From Actinomycetota bacterium (GTDB lineage Bacteria; Actinomycetota; UBA4738; CALAEC01), in assembly GCA_050693035.1 (NCBI GenBank), contig JBOGWB010000086.1, positions 1,640 to 65,639 on the forward strand: a stretch of DNA of 64,000 nt, written 5' to 3'. The notes below the pieces were generated by a model. It was not told the origin of the DNA. It searched no databases and saw nothing but the letters and a program-made list of their open reading frames with translations. The stretch's first letter is position 1. Each line of letters begins with the position of its first letter. Below are positions 7,107 to 14,929 of this stretch, in pieces. The position numbers and the translations under genes were made by a program.

Positions 7107-7958
7107 TTACGGAGTGAGGGTCACCGGGATGCGCACAACGTGGGTAGGGCGCCCGTCCTCCGCCGAGGACTCGAAGACTTCGATCACACCGGGCTGCTCT
7201 CGATCCACCTCGTAGGGGACGGACACGGAGTAGCTGCCGCGGCACCCTGTTCCGCATGTTGCCGTGGTGAACGTCCTGGCGATCTCCTTGCCACCAGCGT
7301 CCAGGATCCGGAGGCTGACGGTGGCCTCGAACACGTTGGCCGTCCCCGAGACTGACACCGGGTTGTCCACACGCTCGCCGATGGAAGGGCTCTCGACGAG
7401 GATCGGAGGAAGATAGTCACGGTAGTCGCGGCGAGCCCTGGGCCCGTCCAAGAGGATGCCGTGTCCGCCAAACATTTCGACCGGCTTCCCCTCGATCCGG
7501 AAATTCACTCCTTGAACTGTCTCGAACTGGGTGATGGTGTACACGACCTGGGCCAGACGGAGGAATTCGGCATGCGAGCCGCTGCCCTGCTCGTACTGAG
7601 AGCTGAGGTCGACGGTGGCGATTCCGTCGTCGATATCGAGTCCCAGGAGTTCGGTGCCGTCGGGAATGGCGGTTCCCACGCCCGCTTCGCGCTCCGCCTC
7701 CGAAGGGCCTGCGAGGAGGCTCTCCAGGGCGATCTTCCCGACACCGGGCTCGGGCCTCGCTGTGCGCTTCAAGACGAACAGCCACCCCTCGCTTCCGGCG
7801 AACCACACCTCGTATGTGAGCGTCTGCTGCTCGTCTGACTCGCTGGGGCTCGGACTCGTCTGTTCGTCGGAGCCTGGCCCGAATGATCCGACTCTCCGAT
7901 CGGCGCAGGCCGACAAGGCAAGCGCCAGTGCTGCTATGAGGAAAACGGTGCGCTTCAT
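7107..7958 (-). CDS. GerMN + Gmad2 (Ig-like) domain lipoprotein
   Basis: 283-aa ORF with a signal peptide and lipobox (MKRTVFLIAALALALSAC). GerMN-like segment: IALESLLAGPSEAEREAGVGTAIPDGTELLGLDIDDGIATVDLSSQY. C-terminal Gmad2-like segment: PPILVESPSIGERVDNPVSVSGTANVFEATVSLRILD. Confidence 0.8.
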   Translation of the reverse strand: MKRTVFLIAALALALSACADRRVGSFGPGSDEQTSPSPSESDEQQTLTYEVWFAGSEGWLFVLKRTARPEPGVGKIALESLLAGPSEAEREAGVGTAIPDGTELLGLDIDDGIATVDLSSQYEQGSGSHAEFLRLAQVVYTITQFETVQGVNFRIEGKPVEMFGGHGILLDGPRARRDYRDYLPPILVESPSIGERVDNPVSVSGTANVFEATVSLRILDAGGKEIARTFTTATCGTGCRGSYSVSVPYEVDREQPGVIEVFESSAEDGRPTHVVRIPVTLTP

Positions 7959-8397
7959 CCTTCACCTCCTGTGAGTTTCGCGTTCATGCTCCGTCAGGCA
8001 GGTAACTTGGCCGTCACGGAGCTGTAACCGTTGCGTCACAGCCCCGTACGAGTCCGTCATGGGCAAGGAGGCTGGGAGCGACGAAATCATCGGCGCGAGA
8101 GCCGCCAATCTATCTCCCCTTGGTTTCGGCCCGGCCCCGGGCACGCGGGGGAAATCGGAGGAATTCGGGAGGAACCTGGAACGCTCCTGTTCCCGCCACC
8201 GACTCCAGCGGGAACAGCGCCAGGGGTTCCCCGCGAGGCTGATCTGGCTGGGCCCGCGAAAGGCGCACCGGGCCTGGCCCGTGCTTCTGCCTGCCGGGCA
8301 GTGGCGGCGGCCGTCAGCCCGGGCGTGAAGCTCCAGTCGCCCGTGTTCACATCCGGCGTTCCTTCGGTCCCTTTACCTGAGGGAGCACAATGCACGC

Positions 8398-8901
8398 GTG
8401 AGCAAGCGAGCTCGAGTAGACGAGCGAGCGCAGGTCCACCGCCAGGAGGACGTCGACCTGGAGGCCGTCTACCGCGAGCACGGCGACCGGCTGTGGAGGG
8501 CTCTGATGGCATTCACCGGCGACCGGGGACTGGCGGACGAGACGGTGTCCGAAGCCTTCGCCCAAGCCCTAAGGCGAGGGGACCAGATCCGAGACCCGCT
8601 TCGGTGGGTGTGGCGGGCTGCCTTTCGTATCGCGGCTGGGGAGCTCCAGCGCAGTCGCGGTCTCCCTCTCGCTGCGTCTGCGGGCAGCTACGAAGATCCC
8701 GAGCCGCCGACCGACCTGCTTAGGGCCCTGGCGGCCCTATCACCCAAGCAGCGGAGTTCCGTGCTTCTGCATCACTACGCCGGCTACCCAGTCAACGACG
8801 TGGCGCGGATCATCGGGTCCACCTCCGCCGCTGTGCGGGTGCACCTCCTAAGGGGACGGCGAAAGCTGCGCGAGTTGTTGGAGGAGCAGGACGATGCGTG
8901 A
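8398..8901 (+). CDS. ECF-type RNA polymerase sigma factor (sigma-70 family)
   Basis: GTG start. Region 2-like: YREHGDRLWRALMAFTGDRGLADETVSEAFAQAL. Region 4 HTH: LSPKQRSSVLLHHYAGYPVNDVARIIGSTSAAVRVHLLRGRRKLRELL. It overlaps the downstream gene by 8 nt. Confidence 0.85.
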   Translation: MSKRARVDERAQVHRQEDVDLEAVYREHGDRLWRALMAFTGDRGLADETVSEAFAQALRRGDQIRDPLRWVWRAAFRIAAGELQRSRGLPLAASAGSYEDPEPPTDLLRALAALSPKQRSSVLLHHYAGYPVNDVARIIGSTSAAVRVHLLRGRRKLRELLEEQDDA

Positions 8902-10036
8902 TCTCGACGACAGACTGCGGGACCTGGACCGCCTGCCCGCCCCGGATCTATGGATGAACATCACGAGTCGGGAACCCGAGCGCATCCAGGAGGCACGTTT
9001 GTCGCGGCGGATCGGCGTTGCGGCTCTGGCGTTCGCGATCGCGGCGGCCGGGATTGCTCTCGCCTGGTGGGCTTTGCCGCTGAACTCCCGAACTCCGGGC
9101 GCCGTGAGGTCGGAAGGGTTCGTCATTATTCTTCCGGAGGAGTCAAGTGGGGTGGACGATCGCGGGTTGGCAATCCTCGATGCTGAGACCAACCTCCCGG
9201 ACGGGACCATCGTCGCCCTCTACTACTTTTCAGCCGATGTGGAGAGTCCCTCGCGCGCCACGGTTACCGATGGACGAATCGAGAGCCGTGTCGCCAACAA
9301 CCTCTGCCACGATACCGAGGTCGGTCTGATCGGCACGGCCGTGCGAGTTACGGTGACGGTTCGTCCCGAATACCGAAACCTTGGTTTCGGACGACGACCA
9401 GGGGCTAGCCCTCCCGTCCCTATCACTCAGCCTCCCAACGTGCAGAAGGTGCTGGGCGCACACTTCGAGCGACTGGTCGGAGAACAGGTCCAGGAGGTGG
9501 ACGGTCAGCGGTACCTCGAGGCCTCGCGGACGTACGAACTTCCCTCCGCTACCTGCGCATCGAAGCTCAAGTACACGGGAGACGGCAGCTTCCTGCAGGT
9601 TCCCGTAGGGGAGCAGGTGCCCGTTGACACAGGACCCTTCCCCCGGGCGCCGTTCGCGTGGTGCCCGGACGCCCGCGACGCTCTGCCGGTCGAGGCAGGG
9701 GAATGGTCGAAGGCCGGGAGGGTAGCGCACGACTTCGACCTCGCGCTCCAGGCTGGCGACGCCGCGACCCTATCAGAGTTGGCGGACCCATCCGTGCGCT
9801 CGCTCGATCAGGGTTGGAGGCCGACGGGCTCGCCGGATCCACAAGTGGCGACCAATGTACCTTCCGGTTTCTATCTCCCGGAGGTCACGAACGGTTGTGG
9901 ATCGCTCGTGGCTCTGCGGACTTGGGGAGTCGTGCTGTCATACTCGGGTCAGGAGGGGGCTGGCGGGACGACCTACCTTCTTGTGCTTCGGCCTGAGGGC
10001 TGGAAGGTGTGGGGTTCGCTTCCGGGACGACGTTAG
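8894..10036 (+). CDS. Sigma-associated single-pass membrane protein (putative anti-sigma factor, no zf-HC2 motif seen)
   Basis: ATG 8894 overlaps the end of the sigma gene. It has a short cytoplasmic N-terminus (MRDLDDRLRDLDRLPAPD), one TM helix (IGVAALAFAIAAAGIALAWWAL) and an extracytoplasmic domain of about 320 aa. The position and topology are typical of anti-sigma partners, but the function is not shown. Confidence 0.5.
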   Translation: MRDLDDRLRDLDRLPAPDLWMNITSREPERIQEARLSRRIGVAALAFAIAAAGIALAWWALPLNSRTPGAVRSEGFVIILPEESSGVDDRGLAILDAETNLPDGTIVALYYFSADVESPSRATVTDGRIESRVANNLCHDTEVGLIGTAVRVTVTVRPEYRNLGFGRRPGASPPVPITQPPNVQKVLGAHFERLVGEQVQEVDGQRYLEASRTYELPSATCASKLKYTGDGSFLQVPVGEQVPVDTGPFPRAPFAWCPDARDALPVEAGEWSKAGRVAHDFDLALQAGDAATLSELADPSVRSLDQGWRPTGSPDPQVATNVPSGFYLPEVTNGCGSLVALRTWGVVLSYSGQEGAGGTTYLLVLRPEGWKVWGSLPGRR

Positions 10037-10137
10037 TGATTCCGCCTCCCGTGTAACTGAAGCGCATCTAAGGCCTAGCTGTGAAGAGTGCCGTCGAGGC
10101 AAGTGACTCCGAGGCTCCAAGCGCTCTCTTCGCGTAG

Positions 10138-10278
10138 CCAGATCACGGCCATCCCCATGACTACGTGGGGGAGCGGGTGTCCTCCCGGTTCATCCGGTTC
10201 GTCTACAGCAGCGAGCCCATCGAGCGGCTGTCCCTGCTGGGCGAGCGACTCCGCAGGGCCGTGGGCCGGCTGTCCTGA
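10138..10278 (+). pseudogene. Possible remnant of the 3' end of an aminotransferase-like gene
   Basis: A 46-codon open frame between TAG 10135-10137 and TGA 10276-10278 reads ...HDYVGERVSSRFIRFVYSSEPIERLSLLGERLRRAVGRLS. This resembles class I/II aminotransferase C-termini (..vRlsfa.s.e.l.eal.RL). There is no upstream body or start codon. Confidence 0.25.
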
Positions 10279-10284
10279 GGCCGC

Positions 10285-11025
10285 TCAGGCTGCGACGATC
10301 TGGATCGTCCTGAAGTCGGAGCCGGGGAACACGTCTCCTCCCTCCGTGACCGAGGCGGAGGCCAGGGCCTCTGCGCTCCCGACCTGGAACAAGCCCTCGG
10401 ACGATGCCACCCGGACCGAGACGGTGTGGGGGAGCGTGTCGCAGGGCGTCGGCCCGAAGGTTCCGGTGCCCACGGTCCGGCCGTCGTAGATCTGGACGTA
10501 CCCGCCCCGTCCCACGGCGCTCATCGGGCACGTCACCGTGACGTCGATCCGCACCGCCCCGTCGCCCTCGAGCACCGCCTGATCGGCGAGGACCACGGAC
10601 ACGTTGGGCCGGGCCCGAAGGGTCGCCGAGTCCTGAGCCCGCTTCGTCGGGCCCTGCTGGACGACCAGAACCGCGGTGGCCTCGGTCGGCCCGGTCTGGA
10701 ACGTGCCGCTCGTGGCCGGCACCGTCACCTGGACGTTGTAGGGGATCCGGCCGCAGGCGGGAGTGAAAGAGCCCGTCCCGGAGGCCTGCGATTGGGTCAC
10801 GCTGACGCTGGCTTCGACGATGGTCCACCCGCGGTCGCACACGGTGGAGAGGTAGAACGTCATCGACCGGCCGTCGGGAGTCAGCGAGGCCTGCTCGGAG
10901 ACGATCTCGACCGAGAGCGCGGTCCGCTGCGCGGAGGCCACCTGGGCCCCACCCGCCACCAGGAGACCGACCACACCGGTGACCACGAGCCGACGTGCCA
11001 CGACACTGCTTCCCATCGCGACCAC
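10285..11025 (-). CDS. Secreted protein of unknown function (repeated beta-rich modules)
   Basis: 246-aa ORF with signal peptide ...RRLVVTGVVGLLVAGGAQVASAQ. Repeated segments have similar composition (VSVTQ...TGSFTPACG...VQVTVPATSGTFQTG and IDVTVTCP...TGTFGPTPCD...VSVRVASSEGLFQVG). I recognise no family. Confidence 0.6.
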   Translation of the reverse strand: MVAMGSSVVARRLVVTGVVGLLVAGGAQVASAQRTALSVEIVSEQASLTPDGRSMTFYLSTVCDRGWTIVEASVSVTQSQASGTGSFTPACGRIPYNVQVTVPATSGTFQTGPTEATAVLVVQQGPTKRAQDSATLRARPNVSVVLADQAVLEGDGAVRIDVTVTCPMSAVGRGGYVQIYDGRTVGTGTFGPTPCDTLPHTVSVRVASSEGLFQVGSAEALASASVTEGGDVFPGSDFRTIQIVAA

Positions 11026-11187
11026 CTCCGCGAGCCGGACCGCCTCTACTATCCATTCGACCAGCGACCGGCCTGGGTTCGGAGCCCGTGTCGGCGCGCC
11101 CGCAATCCTGAGCGGGATATCCCTAAGGGGGCAGAACCAATACCGGAGGCGTACCTGGGCGAGCGTAGAGTCAGAGGTGAGGGTGTC

Positions 11188-12051
11188 ATGGGCAACATGG
11201 CGGGGTCTCGCCGGGTGGTCGATCCTGTTGGTAAGGCCGGCTACGAGCTTGAGTTCGAGGACACCTTCGACGGCAACGCCCTGGACGAGGAACGCTGGCT
11301 GCCAAACTACCTGCCGCAGTGGAGCTCACGCGAGGCATCGGCTGCGAGATACGAGATCGGTGGTGGCTTCCTAGAGCTGGCCATCGAGGAGGACCAGCAG
11401 CCCTGGTGTCCTGAGTTCGACGGCGAGACTCGGGTTTCCTCGCTGCAGACCGGCGTGTTCGCCGGTCCGGTCGGCAGCCCGGAGGGGCAATCGCGCTTCA
11501 AACGTGGGCTCGTCGTCCGCCAGGCGCAGAACAACGCCAGGCTCTACACGCCGCAGTACGGGCTGTTCGAGCTCCGGGCTAAGGCCATCGACGATCCCCG
11601 TTGCATGGTGGCGCTGTGGATGATCGGCTACGAGGACGAGCCCGACAGGTCGGCAGAGATCTGCATCTGCGAGATCTTTGGGCGGAAAGTAACAGCCGGC
11701 AGTGTGGGCGTCGGCATGGGATTGCATCCTTTTGGGGATGCGACCATCCGCGATGAGTTCTCAGTGGAGGCCGTCGCCATCGACGCCCGAGGGTTCCACA
11801 TCTACGCGGCCGAATGGACGCCCGAGTACGTGGCATTCTTCGTCGACCACCAGCTGGTCAAGACGGTCGAGCAGTCCCCTGGCTATCCGATGCAGCTCAT
11901 GCTCGGTATCTACGAGTTCCCCGACGATGGGCGGTCAACCCAACCGCCGCAACCGTATCCAAAGCGGTTCATCGTCGACTATTTTCGCGGCTACCGGCCC
12001 GCCAAACCGCAACCGACCCCAGATCGTCCGGCCCCAGGTTCGGCCCCCTAG
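11188..12051 (+). CDS. Glycoside hydrolase family 16-like protein (variant catalytic motif E-I-C-I-C-E)
   Basis: ATG 11188 inside track ORF 10426-12051; the upstream part is antisense to the previous gene. GH16-like features: EFEDTFDGNALDEERW, GLFELRAKA, MVALWMIG, SAEICICEIFG (nt 11656-11673), FHIYAAEWTPEYVAFFVDHQLV. No signal peptide is seen. Confidence 0.7.
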   Translation: MGNMAGSRRVVDPVGKAGYELEFEDTFDGNALDEERWLPNYLPQWSSREASAARYEIGGGFLELAIEEDQQPWCPEFDGETRVSSLQTGVFAGPVGSPEGQSRFKRGLVVRQAQNNARLYTPQYGLFELRAKAIDDPRCMVALWMIGYEDEPDRSAEICICEIFGRKVTAGSVGVGMGLHPFGDATIRDEFSVEAVAIDARGFHIYAAEWTPEYVAFFVDHQLVKTVEQSPGYPMQLMLGIYEFPDDGRSTQPPQPYPKRFIVDYFRGYRPAKPQPTPDRPAPGSAP

Positions 12052-12126
12052 CGCGATGTCCATGGATCGCTCGGGATCATTCGTGCGTCTTATCTTCGTC
12101 GTCCCAGCCACGGAGGGGAGATAGCC

Positions 12127-12357
12127 ATGAAGCGCCGAGTCGCCCACCGCCTGGTGTCGCTTGATGCAGAGGAGGTTCCTCATCATCTCCTCCTTGACTA
12201 CCTGCGACTCCTGGGTCGCCGCGGCGGTCCTCCCCGGCCGGTAGAGCCCTCGACCCCCCAGGTCCGGACATGCTCATCCTGCGGGCGGCGGGCCACCGTC
12301 CATCTCGACCCGGAGGGAAACTGGGCCTGGTGCTCGATGTGCGGCCGGGCCCCGTGA
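12127..12357 (+). CDS. Small CxxC...CxxC zinc-ribbon protein (hypothetical)
   Basis: 76-aa ORF with GGAGGGGA upstream of the ATG. The C-terminus is CSSCGRRATVHLDPEGNWAWCSMCG (two CxxC pairs). I recognise no family. Confidence 0.35.
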   Translation: MKRRVAHRLVSLDAEEVPHHLLLDYLRLLGRRGGPPRPVEPSTPQVRTCSSCGRRATVHLDPEGNWAWCSMCGRAP

Positions 12358-12547
12358 CCCCAACGTTCTGTCCCGGGCCAGCGTCGAGCCCGGGGGATTC
12401 CTCACTTCAGGAGAACCGGGCGAAGGGTTCATCCCCCTGAACGGCGCCGGGCAATCCCAGCCGGCGGTCTCGATTTGACGGGAAGGGCTCTGGAGGACTA
12501 AGAGGGAAGGGTTCCTGTCTCCTCTCACCCTGCCTTGGAGGTGACCC

Positions 12548-14131
12548 ATGAGACAGCGTCTTCTCATCTCGGGACTGGTCCTTCTCCTGGTCGTGCCGGC
12601 GGGCACGTCCGCGGCCGGGAAGAGTAAGCGACCCAAGCCCTCCTGGCATCCTCCCCTCTCCAGCCTGGTGGTGGAGTCCATCGGTCCCACCCGGGCCGGC
12701 GGGACCCACGCTCCCGCGGCGAAGCCGGGCAGTTTCACCTCTGTGCCGCTGTCCGTCGGAACCAATCAGAACGTGATCGTGGGAGACGTGACCAACACGT
12801 TCGAGCATCCCAGCGGCCCGGCGTGTTTCGTCGGTGACCAGACTCCGCAGAACGAGACCACCGTCGCCATGGATCCCAGCAACTCCCTTAACCTCATCGG
12901 CGGGGCCAACGACTACCGGTACTTCGTGGAGTCCGAGCAGCGCTACGACGGGTCCGCGGCCGCGTACGTGTCGCACGACGGTGGCGAGAACTGGATCAAC
13001 ACGTTCCCTCTGGGGATCAGCGAGGAAGCCGGTGGGACCTACCAGGGCGTGGGCGACCCCGCCTTCGCCTGGGACCCCAGCGGTGATGTGGTGTACTACG
13101 CCAACATCGCGTTCAACCGGCAGGCGAACCCGGCCACCGGCCACTCTGCCTTCGCCAGCTCGATCGCGGTGAGCCGGTCGTTCGACAAGGGAAACACCTG
13201 GGATACGCACTTCGTGATCGAGGACGACGACGCCTCGATCTTCCACGACAAGGAGTGGATCGCCGTCGGTCCCGACGGCGCCGTCTACGTGACCTGGGCC
13301 CGGTTCCGCTTCGGGCAGGGCGGGCCGTTCGGGTACCTGGAGTCGCCCATCGTCATCAGCAAGTCCACCGACCAGGGAGAGACGTGGTCCGAGCCGAAGG
13401 TCATCAGCGCCGGCCCGTACACGCAGTTCTCCACGCCGGTGGTGGCCCCCGACGGCACGGTCTACGTGTCCTACGAGCTGTGGAACAGCCCCGCCGGCAT
13501 CGCCGGCGGCCGAGCCTTCGTGGCCAAGTCGGAGGATGGCGGGGACACGTGGACCAACCACTTCGTCGGGCTGGTGAACGACCTGCGCAGCCCCCTTCCG
13601 GGCAGCGCCTTCCGGGTGGCCAGCTACCCGGTGCTCGACGTGGGAGACGACGAGACCCTCCACATGGTGTGGTCGAACTGGCAAGGTGGGACGGGAGACA
13701 TCGTCTACACGCGGTCCGGGGACGGTGGGGAGACCTGGAGTCGCCCGGTCAAGATCAACCAGGAGTCCGTCAAGTCGGATCAGTTCTTCCAGTGGATCGA
13801 CGCCTCCGGGGACTTCCTCCACGTCGGGTTCGTCGACCGGCAGTACACGGGGAATACCCTCCTGGATCATTCCTACGTGGTTTCCACTGATGGAGGGGAC
13901 TCGTGGAGCCAGACCGAGCGAGTCTCTACCGAGTCGTCCCGGTCGGACGCCAGCCTCTTCGGAGCGAACTGCACCGGCGAGTTCATCGGGGACTACACGG
14001 GGATCGTGGCCGACGGCGAGACCGCGCACGTCCTGTGGATGGACGGTCGGCCCGGTGACACGCAGCCGACGTCGCCGTCGGGGGACGACGACGACCAGGA
14101 CGCCTTCTACGCCACGGTGTCGGTAGAGTAG
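12548..14131 (+). CDS. Secreted BNR/Asp-box repeat protein (sialidase-like beta-propeller)
   Basis: Signal peptide MRQRLLISGLVLLLVVPAGTSAAG. There are six S-x-D-x-G-x-x-W Asp-boxes (SHDGGENW, SFDKGNTW, STDQGETW, SEDGGDTW, SGDGGETW, STDGGDSW). GGAGG lies upstream of the ATG. Confidence 0.8.
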   Translation: MRQRLLISGLVLLLVVPAGTSAAGKSKRPKPSWHPPLSSLVVESIGPTRAGGTHAPAAKPGSFTSVPLSVGTNQNVIVGDVTNTFEHPSGPACFVGDQTPQNETTVAMDPSNSLNLIGGANDYRYFVESEQRYDGSAAAYVSHDGGENWINTFPLGISEEAGGTYQGVGDPAFAWDPSGDVVYYANIAFNRQANPATGHSAFASSIAVSRSFDKGNTWDTHFVIEDDDASIFHDKEWIAVGPDGAVYVTWARFRFGQGGPFGYLESPIVISKSTDQGETWSEPKVISAGPYTQFSTPVVAPDGTVYVSYELWNSPAGIAGGRAFVAKSEDGGDTWTNHFVGLVNDLRSPLPGSAFRVASYPVLDVGDDETLHMVWSNWQGGTGDIVYTRSGDGGETWSRPVKINQESVKSDQFFQWIDASGDFLHVGFVDRQYTGNTLLDHSYVVSTDGGDSWSQTERVSTESSRSDASLFGANCTGEFIGDYTGIVADGETAHVLWMDGRPGDTQPTSPSGDDDDQDAFYATVSVE

Positions 14132-14253
14132 TTCCGAAGGAACGGGCGATGGCGGGCCGGGAGATGCCCCGGGCCCGCCGCCCCTCACTTGGGCCTCGAA
14201 GCGTCCCGCCTCCACCGAGCTCGAATGAGCAGGTCAAATGGCATTGCAGCCCA

Positions 14254-14285
14254 TGTGGATTCTGTGGGTGTCTGGCCCCGGGCAC
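14254..14285. repeat. 32-nt intergenic repeat, copy 2 (TGTGGATTCTGTGGGTGTCTGGCCCCGGGCAC)
   Basis: 29/32 identical to 7036-7067. It lies between the BNR gene stop (14131) and the second ECF sigma gene (14429). Confidence 0.6.
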
Positions 14286-14428
14286 TTCTCTATCTAAGCG
14301 AGTCTCACAGCGTTCCTGGCCCACTCAGGACGCCCGGGGCTGCTCTCCGAGAGTGGCCGCTTGGAACTCCTCAGTAAGCGCCTTCGGCCTGCCCAGGCTA
14401 GATATTGGTAGGGAGAGTCGGAACCGAG

Positions 14429-14929
14429 ATGCCGGACGCCACCGGATTCGAGCAGTTCTACCGCGAGAACCTCGCCCGGATCGTTCGAGCGTGCGCCTTG
14501 GTGACCCTGGACCGGTCCGTGGCCGAGGAGGTGGCTGCCGAAGCCTTCGCTCGGACGTGGTCGAGGTGGGGGGTGATCCGGAGCGAGGATCACGCGGGCG
14601 GGTACGTCTTCAAAACCGCCATGCGCCTGTGCGCCCGAGAGGTACGGCGCCGGCGCCGGGTAGGAGTCATCCCCACCGCATTGGAGGACACGCCCGAACG
14701 GGCCTTGGACCGACACGACGTGCAGCAGGCCCTGAGCAGCCTGCCGCTCCGGCAGCGACAGGTGGTCGTGCTGAGGGACTGGGCCGGGTTCGAGACTGCC
14801 GAGGTAGGCCGGCTCCTGGGAATGCGGCCGAGCACGGTCCGGGTGCACCTGGCTCGGGCCCGGCAGCACCTCCGGCGGGTTCTGACCTTGGAGGAGGGAA
14901 AGCATGAGTACAGACCTGCGCGACCCTGA
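14429..14929 (+). CDS. ECF-type RNA polymerase sigma factor
   Basis: ATG 14429, with an alternative TTG at 14405. Region 2: FEQFYRENLARIVRACALVTLDRSVAEEVAAEAFARTW. Region 4: LSSLPLRQRQVVVLRDWAGFETAEVGRLLGMRPSTVRVHLARARQHLRRVL. Confidence 0.85.
   Translation: MPDATGFEQFYRENLARIVRACALVTLDRSVAEEVAAEAFARTWSRWGVIRSEDHAGGYVFKTAMRLCAREVRRRRRVGVIPTALEDTPERALDRHDVQQALSSLPLRQRQVVVLRDWAGFETAEVGRLLGMRPSTVRVHLARARQHLRRVLTLEEGKHEYRPARP

Noticed and set aside
12407-14215. Very long ORFs antisense or out of frame to confidently assigned genes. Examples: 12407-14215(-) 602 aa, 219-1484(-), 23375-25765(-) 796 aa, 26437-28353(-) 638 aa, 44226-45695(-), 48051-50516(-) 821 aa, 59291-61750(-) 819 aa, 16202-16924(+), 50983-52161(+).
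   Set aside because: Their translations are Arg/Gly/Pro/His-rich low-complexity sequence with no recognisable motifs. Each lies opposite or overlapping a gene with clear family signatures. Stop codons are rare in all frames at about 70% GC, so such shadow ORFs are expected.
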